From the NCBI GenBank assembly GCA_043228905.1, contig JBHGNT010000018.1:13330001-13394000 (forward strand): 64,000 nt of DNA, in the 5' to 3' direction. A program made the position numbers and the translations under genes. The notes under the pieces are model-generated. The model did not search any database and was not told the DNA's origin. It was given only the letters and a program-made list of their open reading frames with translations. Within the stretch, counting starts at the first letter, position 1, and the number at the start of each line of letters is the position of its first letter. Shown here piece after piece: positions 23,801 to 34,796 of the stretch. The stretch is from Azolla caroliniana. Lineage: Eukaryota; Plantae; Polypodiophyta.

Positions 23801-26800
23801 TGCGTCTTTATCCGGTTCTGCTTCCGCCTCTTCCGGTTGCGGTAAGTATGGTGCTACGGCTTCGGCAATGTCAATTTCGAAGAGGGGTATGATCTTCGGG
23901 TTTTCCTGCAGGTATTGAGCTTCTTCTTCGTCCGCTAACCCTTCTAGCATGTTGACGCATTCCGCATACAACGATGTACATTCCTTGCCAGTGCTCGTCC
24001 TTGGCTGTGTTGGTACCCGTACCTTGGCTTTTCCTCGCCGGAATGTAATTATATTTTTTCGCCAATTCTGTTTGATATGTGCCGTTTTCAACCATGGCCG
24101 CCCCAGTAATAGCGGGTAGGCGCCTTGTGCCTGTAATTGTAGCACTACGGCTGAAATGTGAAATGTATGCCCGCCGACGGTGACTTCTAATTTCCGTATT
24201 AATCCTGTCGGCCGCACTGAACTTGTATCGGCCATCCGTAACCAAAACGGACACGGCTCCCACTCGTGGATTCCTAGGTCCTCACACGTCCGGAGGCTTA
24301 TTACATTTACCCCAGAGCCTCCGTCTATAACTGTGCCGGGGAGTTCTTTCCCTTTTACAATGGCAGTGATTACCAGACTGCTGGTGTCTACCACTGTTGG
24401 TTCCTCCTCCGGATTCGAGAAGAGTACCGGTGCCGGTGATGGTTCTCCTGCCGTCATGGCCGTCTTCAGTCCTTCCGTGAATCTAGGCACGAGTTGTAGG
24501 AGTCTTCCCAATGGTAACGTAATCTGGCATTCTTGCAACGCCTGCCATGTCTCGTTCTCAGAGTGACTACCGTCGGCAAGCCCTGCGGTGTCCTCCTTTT
24601 GCTGCTGTAAGTCTGTGACATTCTGCTCGTTTGCTTTCTTTACCCATTCCGTTGCTTGTTTCCGGATGGTCTCCTGTGTCTCCCATTCTTTGGCCATGCC
24701 CTTTGACCTTGTGGTCACCTGCTGCAGGTCTGCCACCTCAGGGACTACCATATTTACCGCCGGTCATTTTTCATAGCTCTTCACCGGGCATTGTTTACTA
24801 TAATGGCCTTCCTGTTGGCAGTAGTAGCAGTAGGCTTTCCGGGTATTGCTAGATTCGGCATTGTCTGTTGTGCCCGGGGTACGTCCTACGGTACGCACGG
24901 GGTTTTGTACCGGTTGGCTACTTGGAGCTCCTTGTTCCGGATCCCGGGGGTAGCCGCCTTTTTTGAAATGCCGTTTTTTGTTATAACTCTTCTTATTACG
25001 GTACTCTTGATGGGGTTGCCCGTTATATCTGCCGTATTCCTCCCGTTGCTGACGATACTCGGGGGAGTGCTCCCGGTCGTACTGTTCGTATCGTCTATTG
25101 TAATCCTGGTACCGATCATGCCGGTCATAGTTCTCTCGCCGATCACCGTACCAGACATCATTTTCCCGTCGCTCGCCATACCAGACATCATTTTCCCGTC
25201 GCTCGCTATACCGGACATCTTGTGCCGGTCGGTCACGGTCCATTCGCCGCCAGCGTTCGTCTTCTTCATCCCGGCTGCTGCGTGGCTCAATTTGTCGGAC
25301 GGGCGGTGCTTGCTGAGTCAACAGATTATACTCGCACCTATCCCTCGTATGGCTCTTGGATTGACATATTACACATTGCGTCCTCATAGTGCATTCTAGA
25401 GCCGAGTGTCCGGAATTCAAGCAGGTTGTGCACTATATTGCTTGCCGAAACCGGAGGTCTTCATCGAACGGTAACGCCCGTTGAAGTGCGCCTAGTGTGA
25501 GCCAGGAGCTTGTCTTTTCCATCTCTTTCACCCGGTCAATGACCTGGTCGATGGTACTTGTGCGGAAATCGATTACCGTGCAAACCGTGCGTAGGGGTTC
25601 CCGGAGCGCATTTAGGAATATCATCCGTAATTCCTCCTCCGAGGGTGCACGGGTAAGCTGACTATGCATCCGTTGAAACCCGATGACAAATTGGGGAATG
25701 CTCTCCCCTGCCTCTTGCCGGATGGTATAAAATAAGCCTACCATTACGGTCTGGTCCACCTCCTTTTGACAAAAATGCATGAATTTAGCTTTTAAATCTG
25801 CAAAGGTGTTGATGGTAGACGGGTCCTGCGTACGGCGCCATCTTGCTGCCGGTCCCTCCAATGTGACGCCAAACTCTGCTATCTTAGAGCGTTCTTCTTC
25901 CTCCGGTGTCAGTCGCTGGGACACATGGTTGGCTTCCCATGTCTGTTCAAATGCGTGCACATTAGCTTCCGCGTCCGGATCATCTCTATATTTGGAGTAC
26001 TGGAACGGCATGTCGTCGTCCAGTATCGGTGCGCGGGCTGGTAGTGTTGATGCTCGTTCCGGAATTTTCTCCGGTGTCGGTGGTCTTTCCCGATTTGATT
26101 CCGGTGTCGGTTGTTTCTCTTCCTTTGGTGACGGAGGCCTCTCCTCCTCGACTTCTGGTGTCGGAGGTCGTTCTTCTTCTGCTGGTTCCGGGGGTTCCAG
26201 CGTTAGCACTTCCGGTTCCGGTTCCGGTATCGGTAAGGTATCCGATCCTTCGTCCTCCGGTCCGCCCGGGGTTTTGTTGCTGCTATGGTAGTTCGTGTGC
26301 ACGCTGTATTCCCCTTCGGAGTCTGGATCATCTCTATATTTGGAGTACTGGAACGGCATGTCGTCGTCCAGTATCGGTGCGCGGGCTGGTAGTGTTGATG
26401 CTCGTTCCGGAATTTTCTCCGGTGTCGGTGGTCTTTCCCGATTTGATTCCGGTGTCGGTTGTTTCTCTTCCTTTGGTGACGGAGGCCTCTCCTCCTCGAC
26501 TTCTGGTGTCGGAGGTCATTCTTCTTCTGCTGGTTCCGGGGGTTCCAGCATTAGCACTTCCGGTTCCGGTTCCGGTATCGGTAAGGTATCCGATCCTTCG
26601 TCCTCCGGTCCGCCCGGGGTTTTGTTGCTGCTATGGTAGTTCGTGTGCACGCTGTATTCCCCTTCGGAGTCCGGATCATCTCTATATTTGGAGTACTGGA
26701 AGGCATGTCGTCGTCCAGTATCGGTGCGCGGGCTGGTAGTGTTGATGCTCGTTCCGGAATTTTCTCCGGTGTCGGTGGTCTTTCCCGATTTGATTCCGGT

Positions 26801-27609
26801 GTCGGTTGTTTCTCTTCCTTTGGTGACGGAGGCCTCTCCTCCTCGACTTCTGGTGTCGGAGGTCGTTCTTCTTCTGCTGGTTCCAGGGGTTCCAGCATTA
26901 GCACTTCCGGTTCCGGTTCCGGTATCGGTAAGGTATCTGATCCTTCGTCCTCCGGTCCGCCCGGGGTTTTGTTGCTGCTATGGTAGTTCGTGTGCACGCT
27001 GTATTCCCCTTCGGAGTCCGGATCATCTCTATATTTGGAGTACTGGAACGGCATGTCGTCGTCCAGTATCGGTGCGCGGGCTGGTAGTGTTGATGCTCGT
27101 TCCGGAATTTTCTCCGGTGTCGGTGGTCTTTCCCGATTTGATTCCGGTGTCGGTTGTTTCTCTTCCTTTGGTGACAGAGGCCTCTCCTCCTCGACTTCTG
27201 GTGTTGGAGGTCGTTCTTCTTCTGCTGGTTCCGGGGGTTCCAGCGTTAGCACTTCCGGTTCCGGTTCCGGTATCGGTAAGGTATCCAATCCTTCGTCCTC
27301 CGGTCCGCCCGGGGTTTTGTTGCTGCTATGGTAGTTCGTGTGCACGCTGTATTCCCCTTCGGAGTCCGATTCATATGCTGAAAAGGCCTCTGCTTCGCCT
27401 TCTCCGTTTGCCAACGCGTGGAGAAGGGATTCGGTTTCCCGGAGGCTGCTTAGGCTGCTACCGTCGTCCGGGTGTGATGTTTGCTGTAACCAGAGGGAGT
27501 CCTCCGCTACTCTCCGGATTACGTTGGAAAACGAGCAATCCGCTCTAATTTCCTGTGCCGCTTGCTGGAAAGCCTCGCGTCTCCTTTGCCTTTCGGCAAG
27601 GCGTCGAGT
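20807..27609 (-). pseudogene. Element F gag-pol polyprotein (gag, three CCHC knuckles, PR, RT, RH, INT) with a few stops
   Basis: ORFs 25433-26359, 24764-25420, 22790-24751, 21872-22765 and 20807-21844; VIDGGSGVN, FLDDF, FVDAS, WGLDFVGP; no chromodomain. Confidence 0.95.
25972..27368. repeat. Four tandem copies of a 348-bp unit in the 5' gag region of F
   Basis: GGATCATCTCTATATTTGGAGTACTGG recurs at spacings of 348, 348 and 347 bp. Confidence 0.95.
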
Positions 27610-27681
27610 TCAATCTGTAACCAGGTCGTGCGTTGATCTAGACCTCCATCCGTGCCGTCGTTCGCTGCAAAAACAGGAATC

Positions 27682-27691
27682 GTGGTCGCCA
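27682..27691 (-). promoter_or_regulatory. PBS of element F (probably tRNA-Arg)
   Basis: TGGCGACCAC on -, 7 nt downstream of the 5' LTR; the same motif occurs in element H. Confidence 0.75.
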
Positions 27692-27698
27692 AAAACTG

Positions 27699-28131
27699 TG
27701 TTAACTCTTCGGGCCGGACAATGGCCTAACACAGGGTGTCTACGGGAGACACTTCACCAAAGGGTGTTACGGCAACCGGATTAGACTTCAACGCTTAATC
27801 CGACTTAATCAAGTTACTTATTAGGATCGTCTTCATAACACGCGTAAGATATAACAATTAAGACAAAACGACAATTAACACAGAGATATAACAACGCTTA
27901 AGCTTTCATTAATTAACCGCTAACTATTTCATTGTATCCGGGCCTTTAAATAGGTTTCCGGTCTGTATTACAAAACGATGCCATCCGCACCTGTTCGGGA
28001 TCGGTCCGGATCCGGAACGGCATACCGATTCCGGTCCGTCCGTCCACACTCATAGCTTAATTACAACCACATTCCTACTACTTAATTAGCTCTCCGTTTC
28101 CCACTCTGGACTCCTTTGCCGGCCGGTAACA
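27699..28131 (-). repeat. 5' LTR of element F
   Basis: Direct repeat of 17170-17602. Confidence 0.97.
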
Positions 28132-28365
28132 CCGACCGGAAAGGGCCAGTGCAAGCCGAACACCAAAAGTAGGAGGAGCCCAGAATAGATGAGACGGAGA
28201 AGGAAGCCCGGAAGGGATGAAAGTCGGAGAGAAGGAGCAGGCCAGAGAGTAACAACAACAACAACCACAACAACAAACAGAGCAACTACCCGAAGAACCT
28301 CTAGAACCCTTGGACCAAAGGATTCTGGACATTTTGACTGACGAGTGATAAAGAGCTAAACTCAC

Positions 28366-28401
28366 GTTCGACGTACAATGTACTGTCCCACGGGCGTGCC
28401 A
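28366..28401 (+). promoter_or_regulatory. tRNA-3'-end-like module in place of the PPT of element E
   Basis: GTTCGACGTACAATGTACTGTCCCACGGGCGTGCCA, ending 2 nt before the LTR start TGTTGG at 28404. Confidence 0.75.
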
Positions 28402-28403
28402 TG

Positions 28404-28864
28404 TGTTGGCCAATAGGGCAAAAAGATTGGTTAGAGTCTAGAATGTAAAAAGGGTATTTAATTAGGAATAGGGTCCGAGTTGAAATTAATAAGTACTATG
28501 TTATTTTGAGAATTAATAAGTATTATGTTATTTTGAGAAGCGGATAGACGGACCAAGAATCGGTATGCCAATTCGGATCCAGACTGGATCGTTGCCGGTT
28601 GGAACCGGTTTGTAACTCTGTCGGAGACCTATTAAAGGACCCGGAAAGAATGTAATCAATGACGGATAATTAATAGAAGTGTTGTTGTTTACGTATGTTT
28701 AGTGTCTATCTGGTTACCGTCCTGTGCTTAATATAATTAATCTTACATGTCTCTTATGACTAATTAATAGTGTCGGTTAGTAACCGGTTAAGACCCATTT
28801 GATACTATGGTCTATCCATATTTCCCCATACCACCCTTTGGTGAGGTGTACCTAAGGGATAACA
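28404..28864 (+). repeat. 3' LTR of element E; its last 210 bp or so plus flank are duplicated at 28897-29131
   Basis: TGTTG...TAACA; shares blocks with the reverse complement of the F LTR (GAATCGGTATGCC, CACCCTTTGGTGA). Confidence 0.7.
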
Positions 28865-29308
28865 ATGCATAGTACCTCTCAGTGGACCAATATAATTAAT
28901 CAACGACAGATAATTAATAGAAGTGTTGTTGTTTACGTATGTTTGGTGTCTATCTGGTTACCGTCCTGTGCTTAATATAATCTTACACGTCTGTTATGAC
29001 TAATTAATAGTGCTGGTTAGTAACCGGTTAAGACCCATTCAATACTACAGTCTATCCATATCTCCCCGTACCACCCTTTGGTGAAGGGTACCTAAGGGAT
29101 AACAGTGCATAGTGCCTCTGAGTAGAGCAATCCAATGAGGACATCTACTAACTCACTAGCATCCAAGTATGAAGACTTTAGGGACGTGTTTGAGAAAAAG
29201 AATGTTGATCACTTGCCTGAGCATCGACGCTACGACTGTCTCATCGATCTGCAAGAAGGTGCCAATCCTCCCTTTGGCCCAATTTATGGGTTGTTGGAAC
29301 CAAAACTC

Positions 29309-29991
29309 TGACAGGAACTTCACGCTCCGTATACGTAACGCTCGGCCACAACCGAGCTTAGAATCATACACAGAAAACGGGAGATAAATGTACGACACAG
29401 TGAAGAGAAGAGTACACAGGATGTTTACATGGAAAACCCAAACTAGGGAAAAACCACTGCAGCCCACAGGTTGCAAACTATCACTATGTTAGAATGTACA
29501 ACAGTGAGTTCACGGAGGCAATGACCTCGTGCTCACGATCTTCGCCACAGGCGGCGGTTTCGACAGAGGCAACGACCTCGTTCTCTCTCTCTCTCTCTCT
29601 CTCTGTACATAGTTACACACTCTCTCTCTTCTTGCACCAACATAAATAACAACACGCTCAAAAGTTTGCCCTAAGTCATATTTATACTAATATGACTTTT
29701 TGGCTATTTACAAATATAGCCACGATGGACTCTCAGAAACATATTTACGAATATGTCTCTTCATCCGGAGAGCGCTCCTCACCGGGCCTACATCATCCGG
29801 ATCTTGTCGGGCACTCGTCATCCGGTTCTCACCGGGTCTGCACCATCCGGCTCTTCGTAGCCGGGTACTCCTCATCCGGTTCTCACCGGGTATGCACCAT
29901 CCGGCTCTCCGTAGCTGGGTACTCCTTATCCGGGTTTGCTCATCAACACTGTTCTTCTCCCTTCCCATCCGGAGGGACCTGTCTCCCAACA
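29309..29991 (-). repeat. 3' LTR of element J
   Basis: Direct repeat of 34057-34791 with one fewer 54-bp internal unit. Confidence 0.95.
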
Positions 29992-30001
29992 AACTCCCCC
30001 T

Positions 30002-33000
30002 TCACTCCGGCATGGGGTGTCTTACTAGTCTAATCCACTTCCGGCATGCATCCAGCTTGTCGGGTATCAACGCTTTGGTCAACATATCTGACCCGTTCTC
30101 GGCCGTGTGGATCTTCGTCAGCGCGAACTCCTGGTCATCTACTCTTTCCCGGATCCAGTGATACCTTCGTTGGATATGCTTCGTCTGGGAATGGTAGGCC
30201 GCATTCTTAGCAAGGTGGATGGCACTTTGATTGTCGCAATAGAGCCGGTATTCATCTTGCCGGATACTGAGCTCTCCGATGAAGTCCTTCATCCATAATA
30301 TTTCCTTGCCGACTTCCACAACTGCCATGTACTCTACCTCCGTGGTTGACAACGCAACCGTCTTCTGCAGCCTCGACTGCCACGAAACAGCTCCCCCTGC
30401 ATATGTCATTACATACCCGGATGTGGACCGGTTGGTATCCACATAAGCCGACATGTCTGAATCGGTAAAACCGTCAAGTTGAGGCTTTCCGGAGCCGAAT
30501 CGGAGACACATATGCGAAGTGCCCTTCAAGTACCGGAGTATCCATTTGACCGCGTTCCAGTGCTCCTTCCCGGGATTGCTCATGAACCGGCTCACCACTC
30601 CGACTACGTATCCTATATCCGGTCGGGTACCATTGCGTACATTAAACTCCCGACGGCAGAAGCATATGGAATCTTCATCATATCCGCCTTCTCTGCTTTC
30701 ATCTTCGGGTTTTGCTTACCGGATAACCTGCAGTTTGCCGGAAGTGTCAATCCGACCAGTTTCGCATCTGACATGTTGAACCGGTGAAGCACCTTTGTCA
30801 CGTACTTCTCCTGTGACAGCCATAATTCCTTCACTGACCGGTTCCGATAATATGCATCCCCAACATCTGTCTTGCCGGACCCAAGTCTTTCATTGAGAAG
30901 GTTCGGTTAAGAGCCTTCTTCAACATCCGTATTTTGACTTGGTTCCGTCCGACGATCAACATGTCATCCACGTACAGAAGGAGTATCAGGAAGTCGCCTC
31001 CTTCAAACTTCTTCACAAACACGCAGTGATTGGCCTGCGTCTTGTGGTACCCTTGATCGGCCATGAAGGAGTCGAACTTCCGGTACCATTGACGGGGAGC
31101 CTGCTTCAACCCGTAGAAGCTCTTCTTCAACCGGCAAACCAGGTGCTCCTTCCCTTTCTCCACAAATCCCTCCGGTTGCTGCATGTAGATCTCCTCTTCG
31201 AGGTCGCCATGAAGGAATGTCGTCTTCACGTCCAGCTGTTCTACCTCGAGGTCCATGCTTGCCGCCATACTCAGCACCGTCCGGATGGAGGTCATCTTTA
31301 CTACCGGGGCAAATATCTCGTCGAAGTCCACGCCCTTCTTCTGTTGGAACCCCTTCACCACGATCCTGCCTTTGTATCTTGGGGGCTTGCCGGCAACTCC
31401 CGGTTTCAACTTGTACACCCACTTGTTTCAGAGTGCCCGCTTTCCTTTCGGCAATTCCACCAATTCGTACGTATGGTTCTCATGCAGGGAATCCATCTCA
31501 TCCTGCATGGCACTTAACCATTTGCGGTTGTGGGTGTCATCCTTCGCTTCTTCGAAGCTTTCCGACTCCCCCTCATCGGTCAGCAAAACATGCTCTGCAT
31601 CCGGAAATCTCTGGGGCGCCCTTCTCTCTCTAAGAGGATATCTCCTTCTTCGGGCTTCGGTAATCGGCTCCTCCATTTGTTCTTCATCCGAATCCGATTC
31701 GGGGTCTTGGCTGGTTCCGGTTTCAGCTTCCTCTACTTCTTCTTCAGCTTGTTCGGTATCCTCACCGTAACCGGCTGGTCCCTCAAGTGCTAACCGGTCT
31801 CTTGCCGGTTGGGTCTACTCATCATAGAGTCGATCCTTACCGGTCGACTCGGAGTTCATTATCTTCTTCTCCGACTCCCAGTCGGCGAGCGTCTTGTCCT
31901 CCATGAAGATAATATCTCGACTCCGGAATACCTTCTTGTCGACCAGGTCCCACACTCGGTACCGAACTCATCGTCACCGTAACCGAGAAATATGCATGGC
32001 CGGGTCTTTGGATCTAACTTTCCTCTCCAGTCCTTAACTACATGCACGTACGCGAAACACCCGAACACCTTCAAATGCCAAAAGGATACTTCCTTACCGG
32101 TCCATACTCTCTATGGCGTGTCTTCGTCCAAGGGTACTGAGGGTGATCTATTTATCACATATGTCGTTGTTGACAATGCCTCAACCCAAAACTTCTTGGG
32201 TAGTTTTGCATACGCTAGCATACTTCGGACCCTCTCCATTATGGTCCGGTTCATCCTCTCGGCCAGTCCGTTTAGTTCTGGCGTCTTCGGCACGGTAAAT
32301 TCGAGCCGGATTCCCTTCGAGCGGCAGTACTCCTCGAACTACCCCGGTATTCTCCTCTGTTATCTGCTCGAACCACCTTCAGCTTCCGGCCGGTTTCTCT
32401 TTCCACTCTCGCGTGGAGCTCTTTGAAGACGGATAGCACCTGATCCTTCGTCTTCAACGTTGTGGCCCACAGCTTCCGGCTGTGGTCATCTATGAACGTC
32501 ACGAAGTACTGCGCTCCGGCATGTGACTTCGTGTCTACTTGGCACACATCCGTATGCACCAACTCCAGTGGTGCATTATGTCTCATCGGTGGCCTTGGTC
32601 GGAAGGAGGTCCGGTTTTGCTTACTGGCCAGACAATCAGTGCACTTCTCCAAGTGCACGTTCTTCACTGGAATGAGGTTGTCGTCTGCAAGGCTCTTCAT
32701 CCCCTTCTCGCTCATATGACACAACCTCTTGTGCCACAGCTCACCGGCAATGTCGGATGCCACGTTCACTTCTTCCGGACATAACCGGGCATTCATCAGG
32801 TACAGTGTGTTGACCTTCCGGGCTCGAGCCACAATCAGGCTCTGTTTGCTGAACTTCATGATACCGTTCCAGATGCTACCCGTGTAGCCTTCATCATCTA
32901 GCCGACCGGCTGATATCAGGTTTAGAAAAACCTCCGGAACGTGTCGGACATCCTTCAGCAGCAACTTGCATCCGGTTGGTGTTGTCAGCCACACGTCTCC

Positions 33001-34027
33001 TATGCCGACAATTCGGCATGTTCCTTCATTCCCCATCCGGACACAGCCGTGAACACCGGCTGAGTAGGATGAAAAGCATTTCCGGTCCAGGGTAAGGTGG
33101 AACGACGCTCCGGAGTCGACCACCTAGGTCATCTCATCGCTGGCAAGGTTTATCTCACTCTCCTCGGTGATGAGCATCAACTCTTCTTCACTTGTCGCGA
33201 TTGCCGTCATTCCCTTCTGGTCTGGCCCCCTCCGGTCTTTACCGTTCCGGTCTGGGGTCCGCTTCGAATCGGTACCGTCGGTTTCCTTGTCTTTTCGGAA
33301 ATGCCGACAGTTCTTTTGGAAGTGTCCCGACTTACCGCAATAGAAGCAAGTAGGCCTCCCCCTTGACTTTGACCATGTCCCCGACTTCTCCGGGTTCTGG
33401 GGACTACGGTTTCTATGTCTTCCGCGTTCCAATTCGGTAAGGAGCACTTTGGAGTCGGAGCTCGTATCTTTATCTTTCCGACACGCCTCCTCATCTAGCA
33501 AGCTCGACTTTACTCTTGCTAGGGATAACCGCTTTCCTTCCGGCCCGGCGTTGCCCAAAGTGACAACCAACGTCTCCCAGCTATCCGGGAGGGAACTGAG
33601 CAGGAGTAGCGCTAGTACCTCGTCGGCGAGAGGTACTTCCAATGATGTTGCCTACTGTATCAGCCCCTAGAAGGCATTCATGTGCTCCGCCATGCTAGAG
33701 CCATCTTGGTACCGGAGTCTTACTCGCTTCCGGAATACCGAAACCTGATTAACAGCATTTTTGTTTTGAAACATTATGACGATCTTCTCCCAGAGCTCAT
33801 GAGCCTTGCTCTCTTCATTGAAGTTGTTGTACAGGCTCATGTCGATGAAGCACCGTATGTATGTGCATCACCTCCCATATCGCGGCGTCGATTTTGTCCG
33901 GTCTCTTGTCCCCGAACTGAACTGGCAGCCAGAGGTCTTTAACCACGAGCATGTCCCTCATCTTCGACTTCCACACCGAATAGTTGGAGCCGGTGAGCTT
34001 GAACATGCCTCCCAACGAATCGTCCAT
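30002..34027 (-). pseudogene. Element J copia polyprotein (gag-PR-INT-RT-RH), disrupted
   Basis: CFYCGKSGHFQKNC, VDSGAS, VHTDVC, LDVKTTFLHG, LLYVDDML, KHIQRRYH. Confidence 0.95.
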
Positions 34028-34042
34028 TTTCTATGTCGTTTC

Positions 34043-34054
34043 ACTCTGATACCA
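34043..34054 (-). promoter_or_regulatory. PBS (tRNA-iMet) of element J
   Basis: TGGTATCAGAGT on -, 2 nt from the LTR. Confidence 0.9.
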
Positions 34055-34056
34055 CT

Positions 34057-34791
34057 TGACAGGAACTTCACGCTCCATATACGCAACACTCGGCCACAAC
34101 CGAGCTTAGAATCATACACAGAAAACGGGAGATAAATGCACGACACAGTGAAGAGAAGAGTACACAGGATGTTTACGTGGAAAACCCAAACTAGGGAAAA
34201 ACCACGGCAATCCACAGGCTACAAACTATCACTATGTTAGAATGTACAACAGTGAGTTCACGGAGGCAACGACCTCGTGCTCACGATCTTCGCCACAGGC
34301 GGCGGTTTCAACAGAGGCAACGACCGTTCTCTCTCTCTCTCTCTATCTCTGTACACAGTTACACACTCTCTCTCTTCTTGCACCAACAAAAATAACAACA
34401 CGCTCAAAAGTTTGCCCTAAGTCATATTTATACTAATATGACTTTTTGGCTATTTACAAATATAGCCATGATGGACTCTCAGAAACATATTTACGAATAT
34501 GTCTCTTCATCCGGAGAGCGCTCCTCACCGGGCCTGCATCATCCGGATCTTGTCGGGCACTCGTCATCCGGTTCTCACCGGGTCTGCACCATCCGGCTCT
34601 TCATAGCCGGGTACTCCTCATCCGGTTCTCACCGGGTATGCACCATCCGGCTCTCCATAGCCGGGTACTCCTTATCCGGTTCTCACCGGGTATGCACCAT
34701 CCGGCTCTCCGTAGCCGGGTACTCCTTATCCGGGTTTGCTCATCAGCACTGTTCTTCTCCCTTCCCATCCGGAGGGACCTGTCTCCCAACA
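34057..34791 (-). repeat. 5' LTR of element J
   Basis: TGACAGG...CCAACA on +. Confidence 0.95.
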
Positions 34792-34796
34792 AACTC

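Larger units (their letters stand above)
17170..28131 (-). mobile_element. Element F: full-length, young non-chromovirus gypsy element with an extra sense ORF
   Basis: Two 433-bp LTRs with about 9 transitions (about 98% identical); perfect TSD CCGAC (17165-17169 / 28132-28136); gag-pol plus extra ORF on -. Confidence 0.97.
9378..28864 (+). mobile_element. Element E: degenerate Athila/Tat-like non-chromovirus gypsy element with an extra 3' ORF; 5' LTR deleted; carries nested F
   Basis: Gag-PR-RT-RH-INT collinear with element F; extra ORF at 14790-17169 continuing at 28137-28349; 3' LTR from 28404. The left boundary is approximate. Confidence 0.85.
29309..34791 (-). mobile_element. Element J: Ty1/copia LTR retrotransposon inserted in the RT of B
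   Basis: LTRs 29309-29991 and 34057-34791; perfect TSD AACTC; PBS 34043-34054; PPT 29992-30002. Removing it restores the B frame (LEPK|LQAL). Confidence 0.97.

Noticed and set aside
25779-27784. Long plus-strand ORFs over the gag repeat
   Set aside because: Antisense shadows of the 348-bp repeat.
17170-28131. Reading F as a plus-strand element with an ordinary Arg PBS at 17605 and antisense gag-pol
   Set aside because: A second PBS and a TATTTAAA box lie on the gag-pol strand, and there is no PPT before the right LTR either, so this reading does not restore a normal structure.
29992-29996. TSD AACTC of J is identical to the bases next to its PPT
   Set aside because: A 5-bp coincidence; the B frame is restored cleanly with AACTC as a normal TSD.
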